This document shows, one piece after another, positions 10,044 to 19,501 of a DNA stretch of 64,000 nt (position 1 is the first letter of the stretch; every line of letters begins with the position of its first letter). The position numbers were made by a program, and so were the translations under genes. The DNA lies in NCBI GenBank assembly GCA_963815905.1, contig CAWFIO010000005.1, positions 14,949 to 78,948 of the forward strand, in the 5' to 3' direction. The notes under the pieces were generated by a model. It was given only the letters and a program-made list of their open reading frames with translations, did no database searches and had not been told where the DNA came from. This DNA comes from an uncultured Actinomycetota bacterium (lineage in GTDB: Bacteria > Actinomycetota > Actinomycetes > Propionibacteriales > Propionibacteriaceae).

Positions 10044-11000
10044 ATGGCCAAGGCGACCGAGCGGATCGACTTCGAGATCGGCGATCGGGTGGTCAAGATC
10101 AGCAATCCGGGCCGGGTCTACTTCTCGGCCCGCGGCGAGACCAAGCTCGATCTGGCCCGCTACTACGCCTCGGTCGGTGACGGGATCGTCAACGCCCTCT
10201 ACCACCGGCCGTGCATGCTGCACCGGTTCCCCGACGGAGTCGACGGCGAGAAGGTCCATCAGAAGCGACTGCCCCATGGGGCACCCCCGTGGATCGAGAC
10301 CGTACGCGTGCACTTCCCCCGCTACAACCGCGACGCCGACGAGCTCTGTGTCACCCACCCGGCCGATGTGATCTGGGCGGTGCAGATGTCCACAGTGGAG
10401 TTCCACCCCTGGAACAGCCGCCGTGACGATGTCGAGAAGCCCGACGAGTGGCGGATCGATCTCGACCCGATGCCGGTCGCCCGCTACGCGGATGTGCGGC
10501 AGGCTGCGGTGATCGTCCAGCAACTCCTCGAGGAGCTGGGCGCGGTCGGTTACCCCAAGACCTCGGGCGGCAAGGGCTTGCACATCTACGTCCGGATCGC
10601 CCCCGAGCATGGTCACCCGGACGTCCGCCGCGCCGCCTGGGCGTTCGCGCGCGAGGTCGAGCGGCGCAGCAACGGGCTGGTCGACATCACCTGGTGGCGC
10701 AAGGATCGCGACCCCGGCTCGATCTTCGTCGACTACAACCAGAATGCTCGCGACCACACCATCGCCAGCGCCTACTCGGTCCGAGGCACGCCGGAGGGAA
10801 TCGTCTCCGCACCGATCCGCTGGGACGAGATCGCCGACGCCGAGCCCCACGACTTCACCATCGCCACCATGCCGGCCCGGTTCGCCGAGCTCGGCGACCT
10901 GCACGCCGACATCGACGACCACGTCTACCGGCTCGACACCCTGCTCGAGTGGGCCGCGCGCGACGAACGCGACCACAAGGCCGCACCCGAGGGCGAGTGA
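10044..11000 (+). CDS. Stand-alone LigD polymerase-domain protein (AEP primase-polymerase, Prim-PolC/PolD-like)
   Basis: RFPDG, DEWRIDLDP, KTSGGKGLHIY, FVDYNQN, SAYSVR motifs. Confidence 0.9.
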   Translation: MAKATERIDFEIGDRVVKISNPGRVYFSARGETKLDLARYYASVGDGIVNALYHRPCMLHRFPDGVDGEKVHQKRLPHGAPPWIETVRVHFPRYNRDADELCVTHPADVIWAVQMSTVEFHPWNSRRDDVEKPDEWRIDLDPMPVARYADVRQAAVIVQQLLEELGAVGYPKTSGGKGLHIYVRIAPEHGHPDVRRAAWAFAREVERRSNGLVDITWWRKDRDPGSIFVDYNQNARDHTIASAYSVRGTPEGIVSAPIRWDEIADAEPHDFTIATMPARFAELGDLHADIDDHVYRLDTLLEWAARDERDHKAAPEGE

Positions 11001-11165
11001 CGTCCGTCAACCCTGGACTGGATCGGCTGCAGCTCGGGCGGCAGCAGATCGCAGAACCCCGCGTACGCGTGTGATCCCACCCGGCCGAACGCCCCGGAAA
11101 AGCGAACGATCCCGCGGCCGTGCCGCGGGATCGCTCTACTCACTCAGGGACTCGGCGACACTCGC

Positions 11166-12104
11166 TCAGGCGAGGCCCTTCTCTTTCAGCCACTCCCCGG
11201 CCACCTGATCCGGATCCTGCCGGTCGGTGTCGACCTTGCCGATCAGCGCGGTCAGATCGTCCGTGGTGAGAGCGGCCGACACCGCGTCGAGCGCTCCGCT
11301 CACGGTGGTGTCCGACGCCAGGTCGGAACGCACCAGCGGCAACACGTTCTGCGGCAGGATCATCGACTCGGGGTCATCGAGCTTGACGTAGCCCTTCTCG
11401 GCGATGATCGGGTCGGTCGTGTAGAAGGTCGCGACCTGGATCTTGTTGCTGTCGAGGTCGGCGATCTTCGGGGGGTACTTCGGGTACGGGGTGAACGCCT
11501 TGAACTTGGCGCCGTAGATGCTCTCCACACCCTTCGGTCCGTACGCACGCGACTCGAGCTCCGGCGGTCCGCCGAGAGTGGAGTCGGCCGAGATCTTCTT
11601 CAGATCGGCGAGCGAGGCGATCCCGTTCTGGGCGGCATACTCCTTGGTCACCACGTAGACGTCCTGGTCGACCGCGGCCGACGGCTCGAGCACCTTCAGG
11701 TCGCTGGGTAGCGCGTCGGGCAAAGCCGCGTTGACCTCGTCGGCCGTCTTGGCGGTCGCGTCGGACTTGAAGTTCAACAGCAGGTTGCCGGTGTACTCCG
11801 GCACGACCGAGATCGACTGGTCCTGCAGCGCCTTGATGTAGATCTCCCGCGAACCGATGCTGAGCTTGGTCGAGCTCTGCACGCCCTTGGCGACGAGCGC
11901 CTGCGAGTAGATCTCGGCCAGGATCTTCGACTCGGTGAAGTCGGCCGAGCCGACGATGACCGGACCGCTCGCTGCTCCGGACCCCGACGCCGACGGAGCT
12001 GCCGAGGTGCCGCCCAGCGGGTCGCCACCTCCGCCGCCACACGCGGCCAGCAGGAGTGCGGCGAGCGTCAGGCCGACACCGGCTAGTGGCTTCTTGATCT
12101 TCAT
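11166..12104 (-). CDS. Osmoprotectant (glycine betaine/choline) ABC transporter substrate-binding lipoprotein
   Basis: Lipobox LLAAC, GSADFTES, PEYTGNL. Confidence 0.9.
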   Translation of the reverse strand: MKIKKPLAGVGLTLAALLLAACGGGGGDPLGGTSAAPSASGSGAASGPVIVGSADFTESKILAEIYSQALVAKGVQSSTKLSIGSREIYIKALQDQSISVVPEYTGNLLLNFKSDATAKTADEVNAALPDALPSDLKVLEPSAAVDQDVYVVTKEYAAQNGIASLADLKKISADSTLGGPPELESRAYGPKGVESIYGAKFKAFTPYPKYPPKIADLDSNKIQVATFYTTDPIIAEKGYVKLDDPESMILPQNVLPLVRSDLASDTTVSGALDAVSAALTTDDLTALIGKVDTDRQDPDQVAGEWLKEKGLA

Positions 12105-12150
12105 GGTGACTCCATCCGTCCCGGGAGTAATTCCCGACGATTCAACCAGG

Positions 12151-12837
12151 CTATGTAGGAACTGCGGCAGTAGCTATGTGTGTCTTTCTTCCTGGACGAC
12201 TTCTCCGCCCGGCCGCCCACCCGATGCCGCCCAGGAGCACGTCGAGGACGATCGCCAACGCGGCCACCACGACCGCTCCGGCGACCATCTGGGAGTAGTT
12301 ACGGGTGGCGTTACCGGTGATCAACAGGCGTCCGAGCGCACCGCCCCCGGTGAACCCGGCGATGGTCGCGGTGGCCACGACCTGCAGCGTCGCGCTACGC
12401 AGACCGGAGATGATCAGCGGAAGGGCCAGCGGGACCTCGACCTTGCTGACCACCTGACCCGCTGACATGCCCAACGCCCGGGCGGCCAGCACCGCTTCGG
12501 GCTCCGCGCCCTCGATCCCGGCCGAGGTCGCGGTCAGGATGGCCGGCAGGGCGAGGATCGCGAGCACCCCGATGATCGGCAGCACCCCCGTGCCCGCGAG
12601 CAGCACGACCAGGACGAGCAACCCCAGGCTGGGGATGGCCCGGGCAGCGTTGCTGGCCCCGATGACCAGGAACGAACCCCGTCCGGTGTGTCCGATGAGG
12701 ATGCCGATGGGTACCGCGATCAGGGCGGCCAGAGCCACCGCTGCCCCGGTGTAGCGCAGGTGTTCGAGCAGCAGCTGGAGGATGCCGTTGGTCCCGGTCC
12801 AGTTCGCCGGGTCCAGCACGTAGTCGAAGATCGTCAT
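12151..12837 (-). CDS. Osmoprotectant ABC transporter permease
   Basis: RAIPSLG, AARALGMS, EVPLALPLIISGLR. Confidence 0.9.
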   Translation of the reverse strand: MTIFDYVLDPANWTGTNGILQLLLEHLRYTGAAVALAALIAVPIGILIGHTGRGSFLVIGASNAARAIPSLGLLVLVVLLAGTGVLPIIGVLAILALPAILTATSAGIEGAEPEAVLAARALGMSAGQVVSKVEVPLALPLIISGLRSATLQVVATATIAGFTGGGALGRLLITGNATRNYSQMVAGAVVVAALAIVLDVLLGGIGWAAGRRSRPGRKTHIATAAVPT

Positions 12838-13490
12838 GCTGTCCGCCGCCGCCTAGCCCACGGCAGAGTGCCGCGTTGGATGATCAGAATGATCGCGTCG
12901 AAGATCAGCGCCAGCACCAGCGTGAGCACCAGTCCGACGATGATCGGGGTGTAGAAGAAGCTGCCGAAACCGAGATCGAACAGCTTGCCCAGGGCACCAC
13001 TGCCCACGAGGACGGCCACGCTGACCAGAGCGATGTTGGACACGGTGACGACCCGGAGCCCGGCGAAGATCACCGGCATCGCGAGGGGCAGCTCGACCCC
13101 GAACAGCCGCCGGAACCAGCCGTAACCCACCGCGGTGGCGGACTGCTTGACCAGCGGCGGGACCGAACGCAGACCGTCCACCACGCTGCGGACCAGCAGG
13201 GCCACCGAGTAGATGGCCAGAGCCACGACGATGTTGGCCGGATTGAGGATCTTGGTGCCCAGCAGCAGGGGCATCAGCACGAACAGGGCCAGCGACGGGA
13301 TGGAGTAAATGACCCCGAACAGGGCCAGGATCACGTTCGCCGCCTTACCGGTCTTCGACACCAGGTAACCCAGCGGCAGCGAGACGACGAAGGCCACCAG
13401 AACGGGCAGCACCGCCAGCACGATGTGCTCGAGCGTCAGCTGCCCGATCATCGGGATGTTGCGGTTGAGCCATTTCCAGTCGAGATTCAT
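12834..13490 (-). CDS. Osmoprotectant ABC transporter permease
   Basis: YSIPSLALF, ELPLAMPVIFAGLR; 4-bp overlaps with both neighbours. Confidence 0.9.
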   Translation of the reverse strand: MNLDWKWLNRNIPMIGQLTLEHIVLAVLPVLVAFVVSLPLGYLVSKTGKAANVILALFGVIYSIPSLALFVLMPLLLGTKILNPANIVVALAIYSVALLVRSVVDGLRSVPPLVKQSATAVGYGWFRRLFGVELPLAMPVIFAGLRVVTVSNIALVSVAVLVGSGALGKLFDLGFGSFFYTPIIVGLVLTLVLALIFDAIILIIQRGTLPWARRRRTA

Positions 13491-14944
13491 CGCCCGACCT
13501 GCGGGTTGGGCCGGATCTCGGTCGGCGCCTCGTCATCGGTGGCCCCGGGAGAGTGACCGGACACCGCACGGACCTGGGTGGCGTCGTCGTCCTCGGCCGG
13601 GCGCGGATCCTGCATCTCGGTCGGCCGGTCGGCAACCGGGACGCCGGCGACCACGATCGGGTCGTCGTCCCCGCGCTCCGGATCGACCAACGCTTCCTCG
13701 GTCGGGGCTACGGCGGAGTCGGTCGGGGTCGGATCGGTGGCGGCCGAATCGCTCTCGATCACCGGCTTCGAGATGACCGTGTCCTGCTCCGACTGCGGTG
13801 TCGCCTCGGCGACCGGGGGCAGGGTCGGGCCGGATCCGGACGGCGCCGGCGGGCCGGACGACAGCTCGATCGGTGAGGGGGCCACCCCCAGCCGGCTCTG
13901 GGTCACCTGGGCCAGGATCGCTGAGGCGCCGACCACACCGGCGAACCGACCGGTCTCGGGAGCGACGGCGACGGCGAGGCCGTAGGGCGAGGTCAGGGCC
14001 GAGTCAAGGGCGACCCGCAACGTGTCCCGGTCGGGCACGAAGGTGGAGCCCAGCGGCAACATCTGCTGCGAACGATCCGGGCCGGCCCAGCCGACCGGGC
14101 GCGCATCGGCGTCGACGACCAGAGTGGGCTCGCCCGAGGTGGCTGATTCGAGGTCGCGGACGACACGCACCGAGTCCAGGGAGATTCCCCCGGCGTTGAG
14201 GAAGGACAGTGAACGGTAGCCACGATCGCGACCGATGAAGCCTTCGACGAAGGCGTCGGTGGGCTCTTCGAGCAGTTGCTGCGGGGTGCCCGCCTGCGCG
14301 AGCCGGCCCCCGACCCGCAGGATGACGACCTGGTCGCCGAGTTTGATGGCCTCGTCGATGTCATGGGTGATCAGGATGATCGTCTTGCTGATCTCGCGCT
14401 GCAGGCCGAGGAAGAATTCGTGCAGCTCCGCGCGGACGACCGGGTCGACGGCAGAGAACGGCTCGTCCATCAGCATCACCAGCGGGTCGGCCGCCAACGC
14501 CCGAGCCACTCCGACCCGTTGCTGCTGCCCGCCGGACAGCTGGGCCGGGAACCGGTTGGCCATCCGCCGGTCGAGACCGACGTTGTCGAGCAGGGTCAGC
14601 GAGCGCTCCCGGATCTTGGACTTCGACCAGCCGAGCAATCCCGGGACCGTACCGATGTTGTCGAGCACGGATCGGTGCGGGAACAGCCCGCCGTTCTGGA
14701 TGACGTAGCCCATCTGACGGCGCAGCGTGGTCTTGCGACGCGACTTCAGCGGAGTCCCGTCCCAGGTGATCTTCCCGGTGCTCGGCTCGAGCATCCGGTT
14801 GACCATCCGCAGGGTCGTGGTCTTGCCACAGCCGGACGGGCCGACGATGACGGTGATCTTGCCCGACGGGACCACCAGACTGAGATCCTGGACGGCAGCC
14901 GTGCCGTCCCGGTAGGTCTTTCCGACTGACTCGAACTCGATCAC
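13487..14944 (-). CDS. Osmoprotectant ABC transporter ATP-binding subunit with long acidic/Pro-rich C-terminal tail
   Basis: GPSGCGKT, LSGGQQQRVG, LMDEPFSAVD. Confidence 0.9.
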   Translation of the reverse strand: MIEFESVGKTYRDGTAAVQDLSLVVPSGKITVIVGPSGCGKTTTLRMVNRMLEPSTGKITWDGTPLKSRRKTTLRRQMGYVIQNGGLFPHRSVLDNIGTVPGLLGWSKSKIRERSLTLLDNVGLDRRMANRFPAQLSGGQQQRVGVARALAADPLVMLMDEPFSAVDPVVRAELHEFFLGLQREISKTIILITHDIDEAIKLGDQVVILRVGGRLAQAGTPQQLLEEPTDAFVEGFIGRDRGYRSLSFLNAGGISLDSVRVVRDLESATSGEPTLVVDADARPVGWAGPDRSQQMLPLGSTFVPDRDTLRVALDSALTSPYGLAVAVAPETGRFAGVVGASAILAQVTQSRLGVAPSPIELSSGPPAPSGSGPTLPPVAEATPQSEQDTVISKPVIESDSAATDPTPTDSAVAPTEEALVDPERGDDDPIVVAGVPVADRPTEMQDPRPAEDDDATQVRAVSGHSPGATDDEAPTEIRPNPQVGR

Positions 14945-15128
14945 GTGCTACCCCACTTGCTCTGCGACGCCTCGTCAGCGTCGTCGCCAACGACAGTAGC
15001 TTCGGCCACGGACATTCTTCTCGACATCGACCGGCGTGGCTCGTTGCCGCGACCACAGCCCGCGGCTTGTCGGTACCTCTCCTTAGTATTCAAACGCCGA
15101 CCCGCGACGAGGCGGATCGGTGAGCTAA

Positions 15129-15144
15129 GTTACCGACCAGTAAC
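15129..15144. promoter_or_regulatory. Palindromic operator candidate GTTAC-N6-GTAAC
   Basis: gttaccgaccagtaac, 21 bp upstream of the Fe-S oxidoreductase ATG. Confidence 0.45.
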
Positions 15145-15165
15145 GAGGCGTGGAGGAGGGCTCCG

Positions 15166-17346
15166 ATGACCGTGGTAGCGATCGTGGTCGCGCTGGCGGT
15201 GTCGGCGGTGGGGATCGCCCTGTTCGCCCGGGCCGCCGCCCGGATCGTCGGCGTGGTCCGGCTGGGCCAGCCGGAGGTCGGCCGTCGGGACCGACCGGGC
15301 GAACGGTGGAAGCACCTCGCGGCCGAGACCCTGGGTCACACCCGGATGCTGCAGTGGAGCACGGTCGGGGTGGCTCACTGGTTCGTCTTCGTCGCCTTCG
15401 GTGCGCTCTTCTTCACCCTGATCACCGCGTACGGACAGCTCTTCGACTCGCGTTTCGCGCTCCCGTTGATCGGGCACTGGGTGGTCTATGAGTGGGCCAG
15501 CGAGATCATCGCCTGGGCCGGGCTGATCTCGATCGTCGTGCTGATGGCCATCCGGGCTCGGGCCCGCCGCGAGGGCCGTGGGTCGCGCTTCTTCGGATCA
15601 CGCGGGTGGCAGGGGGTGTTCGTCGAGTTCGTCATCCTCGGAATCGTCGTCTGCGTCCTCACCCTGCGGGCTCTGGAATACCGACTGCTCGGCGAGGAGA
15701 CGTCACGGTGGCACTTCCCGCTGACCTGGTTCCTGCTGCCGACCGGTCTCGCCGCTTCCGCGCTGGCCACCGCGATCGTCCTGGTCGCCGCGCTCAAGAT
15801 CATCATCTCGATGTCCTGGTTCGTCGTGATCGGGCTGCACACCACCATGGGTGTGGCCTGGCACCGCTTCACCGTCTGGCCCAACATCTGGTTCAAGCGC
15901 GAGTCGTCGGGCCGGCCCGCCCTCGGGGCGCTTCCGCCGATCGTCGTCGACGGCAAGCCCCTCGACTTCGCCGACATCGAGGACCTCGATGAGGACGCCG
16001 CGCTCGGCGTCGCCAAGATCGAGGATTTCAGCTGGAAGGGCCTGTTGGACGTCACCTCGTGCACCGAGTGCGGGCGATGCCAGTCCCAGTGCCCCGCCTG
16101 GCACACCGGCAAGCCGTTGTCGCCGAAGCTGCTGGTGATGGATCTGCGGGAGCACGCGTACGCGAAGGCGCCCTACCTGCAGGCCGACCCGGCCGACCGC
16201 GACTCGCTACCGGCCGCGGTGCAGCTCGAGGCCCAGCGCTCCTTGGTCGGACCGATCCAGGTCGGTGAGGACGGCATCCCCGGGGTGATCGACCCCGACG
16301 TCTTGTGGTCGTGCACCAACTGTGGCGCCTGCGTGCAGGAGTGTCCGGTCGACATCGAACACGTGGACCACATCGCCGGCATGCGACGCCATCAGGTGAT
16401 GGTCGAATCGGAATTCCCGAAGCAGCTCAACGGGCTGTTCAAGGGGCTCGAGAACAAGGGCAACCCATGGTCGATGAACGCCCGCGGCCGGCTCGACTGG
16501 ACCAAGGGACTGCCGTTCCCGGTGCCGGTGGTCGGCACGGACGTCCAGGATCTGACCGAGGTCGACTACCTGTTCTGGGTGGGTTGCGCGGGTGCCTTCG
16601 AGGACCGGGCCAAGAAGACCACCCAGGCCGTCGCCGAGCTGCTGCACACCGCCGGAGTCCGGTACGCGGTGCTCGGCAACGGTGAAACCTGCACCGGTGA
16701 CCCGGCCCGCCGGGCCGGCAACGAGTTCCTGTTCGCCCAGCTGGCGATGGAGAACGTCGAGACGCTGAACGAGGCCAAGGCCACCAGGATCGTCACCAGC
16801 TGCGCCCATTGCCTCAATTCGCTGCGCAACGAGTACCCGCAGTTCGATCTGTACGTCGAGGTCATCCACCACACCCAGTTGCTCAACCGGCTGGTCCGCG
16901 AAGGGAAGCTGACGCCAGTCGCTCCGGCGGACGGCGAGACCCGGTCGATCACCTATCACGACCCCTGCTTCCTGGGCCGTCACAACGAGATCTACGAGCC
17001 GCCGCGCGAGTTGCTCGGCGCCATCCCCGGGGCGAAGGTCGCGGAGATGGAACGCAGCCGGGAGCGCTCGTTTTGCTGCGGGGCCGGTGGAGCCCGGATG
17101 TGGATGGAGGAGGACCTCGGCACCCGGATCAACGCCAACCGCACAGCCGAGGCGGTGCGCACTCTCGATGGCGCGGAGAACGCGGCCATCGCGACCGGCT
17201 GCCCGTTCTGCCGGGTGATGCTCGGCGACGGTCTGACCAGCGAGCAGGCCGACGGGGCCGCGCCGGAATCGACCGAGGTGCTCGACGTCGCCCAGCTCCT
17301 GCTCGAGTCGGTCCGTCGCGGCCAGCCGGGGACTGACGTCGCCTGA
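15166..17346 (+). CDS. Membrane (Fe-S)-binding oxidoreductase, HdrD/GlpC-like (FadF/EtfD-type)
   Basis: Transmembrane N-terminus; CTECGRCQSQCP and CTNCGACVQECP; CCG-type motifs WVGC, ETCTG, YHDPC, FCCGAGG. Confidence 0.92.
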   Translation: MTVVAIVVALAVSAVGIALFARAAARIVGVVRLGQPEVGRRDRPGERWKHLAAETLGHTRMLQWSTVGVAHWFVFVAFGALFFTLITAYGQLFDSRFALPLIGHWVVYEWASEIIAWAGLISIVVLMAIRARARREGRGSRFFGSRGWQGVFVEFVILGIVVCVLTLRALEYRLLGEETSRWHFPLTWFLLPTGLAASALATAIVLVAALKIIISMSWFVVIGLHTTMGVAWHRFTVWPNIWFKRESSGRPALGALPPIVVDGKPLDFADIEDLDEDAALGVAKIEDFSWKGLLDVTSCTECGRCQSQCPAWHTGKPLSPKLLVMDLREHAYAKAPYLQADPADRDSLPAAVQLEAQRSLVGPIQVGEDGIPGVIDPDVLWSCTNCGACVQECPVDIEHVDHIAGMRRHQVMVESEFPKQLNGLFKGLENKGNPWSMNARGRLDWTKGLPFPVPVVGTDVQDLTEVDYLFWVGCAGAFEDRAKKTTQAVAELLHTAGVRYAVLGNGETCTGDPARRAGNEFLFAQLAMENVETLNEAKATRIVTSCAHCLNSLRNEYPQFDLYVEVIHHTQLLNRLVREGKLTPVAPADGETRSITYHDPCFLGRHNEIYEPPRELLGAIPGAKVAEMERSRERSFCCGAGGARMWMEEDLGTRINANRTAEAVRTLDGAENAAIATGCPFCRVMLGDGLTSEQADGAAPESTEVLDVAQLLLESVRRGQPGTDVA

Positions 17347-17350
17347 CGCC

Positions 17351-17536
17351 ATGAACCCTTCTCTTGACGTCGCAACGAACCGGGTCGGACGGCCTGCGGT
17401 CGGCTTCGGATCGCTGTCGGTGGGAGTCGCCGAGGACCTGCCGGCCTGGCTCGACGTGTCGTCGGTCTCCGGCGAGTCGCTCGTCGCCGTCCGTGCGCGC
17501 ACCGCGTCGGGTGACGTGATCAACTACCGCGCGTGA
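17351..17536 (+). CDS. Possible 61-aa hypothetical protein
   Basis: ATG 4 bp after the oxidoreductase stop; a perfect hairpin follows its stop. No recognisable motif. Confidence 0.3.
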   Translation: MNPSLDVATNRVGRPAVGFGSLSVGVAEDLPAWLDVSSVSGESLVAVRARTASGDVINYRA

Positions 17537-17537
17537 G

Positions 17538-17559
17538 CCGTTCCGACCGGTCGGAACGG
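17538..17559. terminator. Perfect 22-bp palindrome between convergent genes
   Basis: ccgttccgacc/ggtcggaacgg. No U-tract. Confidence 0.55.
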
Positions 17560-17566
17560 GTGCGGG

Positions 17567-18142
17567 TCAGATCTCGGTGCGGTGGAAGTTGAGGTGCGAG
17601 CGGCTCTGGGTCGGGCCGCGCTGACCCTGGTAGCGCGAACCCGACGCCGCCGAGCCGTAGGGGTGCTCGGCGGGCGAGGTCAGCCGGAAGAAACACAACT
17701 GGCCGATCTTCATCCCGGGCCAGAGCTTGATCGGCAGCGTGGCCACGTTGGAGAGCTCGAGGGTGACGTGACCGGAGAAGCCGGGATCGATGAAACCGGC
17801 GGTCGCGTGGGTCAGCAGACCGAGCCGTCCGAGCGAGGACTTGCCCTCGACCCGAGCGGCGATGTCGTCGGGCAGCGTGACGGCCTCGTAGATCGAGCCG
17901 AGAGCGAATTCGCCCGGGTGCAGGATGAACGGCTCGTCGCCGTCGGGCTCGACCGGCCGCGTCAGCTCGGCCTGTTCCATCGCCGGATCGATGTGCGGAT
18001 AGCGGTGGTTCTCGAACACCCGGAAGTAGCGATCGAGCCGTACGTCGATGCTCGAGGGCTGCACCATCTCGGCCGCGTAGGGCTCGAGACCGATCCGGCC
18101 CGCGGCCACCTCGGCCTTGATGTCGCGATCGGAGAGCAGCAT
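17567..18142 (-). CDS. dcd: dCTP deaminase
   Basis: [42 protein letters not shown]. Confidence 0.97.
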   Translation of the reverse strand: MLLSDRDIKAEVAAGRIGLEPYAAEMVQPSSIDVRLDRYFRVFENHRYPHIDPAMEQAELTRPVEPDGDEPFILHPGEFALGSIYEAVTLPDDIAARVEGKSSLGRLGLLTHATAGFIDPGFSGHVTLELSNVATLPIKLWPGMKIGQLCFFRLTSPAEHPYGSAASGSRYQGQRGPTQSRSHLNFHRTEI

Positions 18143-18183
18143 GGCCCGACCCTATCGTCCGTCGCAGGACGCGCGGTCCAGCG

Positions 18184-19450
18184 TCAGGAACGCCGGATCT
18201 CGAGCCAGTGATCCCCGATCGAGACGATCGAACCCTGCTGGACGTAGATGACTTCGCCCATCTGGCAGCGGGTGGACACGCCCTGGGCGTTGGTCACCGT
18301 GGAGCCGTTGGTCGATCCACGATCGACCACGAAGATGCCGCCCGCGTCGAGACCGACGGCCAGGTGGGACTTCGACACGGTCCGGGTCTCGTCAGCGATC
18401 TTGATCAGCTGAGCATCTTCCTCCCCCGGCTGCGGTTGCGGGTTGCGACCGAGCAGCACCAGCCCGTCGACGGCGATCTCGCGGCCGTCATCGAGCACCG
18501 CCCGCCACCCGGAGCGGGACGTCGCTGCGACGGGGTGGTCCGTCGCCGGTTCCCCGAGGTGTGCGGGGCCGGACGTCGGTGCCATCGGGCGCTGCTGAGC
18601 GGGCTGGTTGCGGCCCGCCGGCGGAAACGATCCCCCCGGGTTCGTCCCGGGCGGCGGGGTCAGCGGCATGCGCGGCCCGCCCGAGGCGCCGATCGGGGGC
18701 TGGACCGGTGGGGTCGGCTGACCGTAGGGACCCTGGGCCGGGTTGTTCGTCCGCGCGTACCCGGGTTGGGGCGGTCCGTACGCGGGTGCCTGCTGACCCG
18801 GGTCCGACGGCCGGTGCTGCGGCTGGGACGGGGCGCTCGGCTGGTGCTGGGGCTGGTTCGCGTACTGCTGCGGTTGGGCGGGCGGTTCGGTACTGCTGCG
18901 GTTGGTACTGGGGCGGTTGACCGCCCGGCAGTTGCTGCGGCGGTGACATGCTCGCGGCACCGGACTGGGCGGAGCGAGGCGCGAGGGCGCGACGCTTGAT
19001 CAGCACCGCCTTCGCCGCTTGATCGTGCAGCCCCTGATGGCGAGGATGCAGCAGCAGCAGGATGATCAGGACCAGCAGGCCGACGCCGGTCACCGAGAGC
19101 AGCCACATGACCAGGCCGCGGAGCAGCGCACGCCCCAGGCCGACCGGACGCCCGTCGTAGAACCCGACCAGTTGCAGCTTCATCGCCTGCAGCCCGGGCG
19201 TGGCCGCCTTGTTGGCCAACCGGAACAGCAGCAGCAGCGCCCAGGCCAAGGTGACCACCGACACGACGATGCTCAACGGCACCCGGCCGCCGTCCAGCGT
19301 CGGGAGCACCGCTCCCGCCACGACGCCGGCGATCAGCGGCACGGAGGCGTCGATCAGGTACGCGACAAAACGTGGAGCCAGCGGCGCGACCTCGACGCCC
19401 GGCGGCAGGCCGGTCTCGCGGCTGGGGTTTCCGGGTGCTCCCGATGGCAT
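18184..19450 (-). CDS. RDD + Pro/Gln linker + FHA domain protein, split by a +1 frameshift near 18890
   Basis: The RDD frame (RFVAYLID, TPG, HQGLHDQAA) runs to QYQPQQY; the +1 frame continues PPAQPQQY to an FHA domain (GRNP, VSKSH, DRGSTNGS). RBS ggag before ATG 19450. Confidence 0.85.
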
Positions 19451-19501
19451 TCGGACTCCTTGTGGACGCGGGCGAGTCAGGTCGACGCGCTTGACCCGAC
19501 G

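Noticed and set aside
17567-18142. dcd as an anti-phage dCTP deaminase
   Set aside because: It has the motifs of the housekeeping trimeric dUTPase-fold Dcd, not the CMP/dCMP-deaminase-type defence enzyme.
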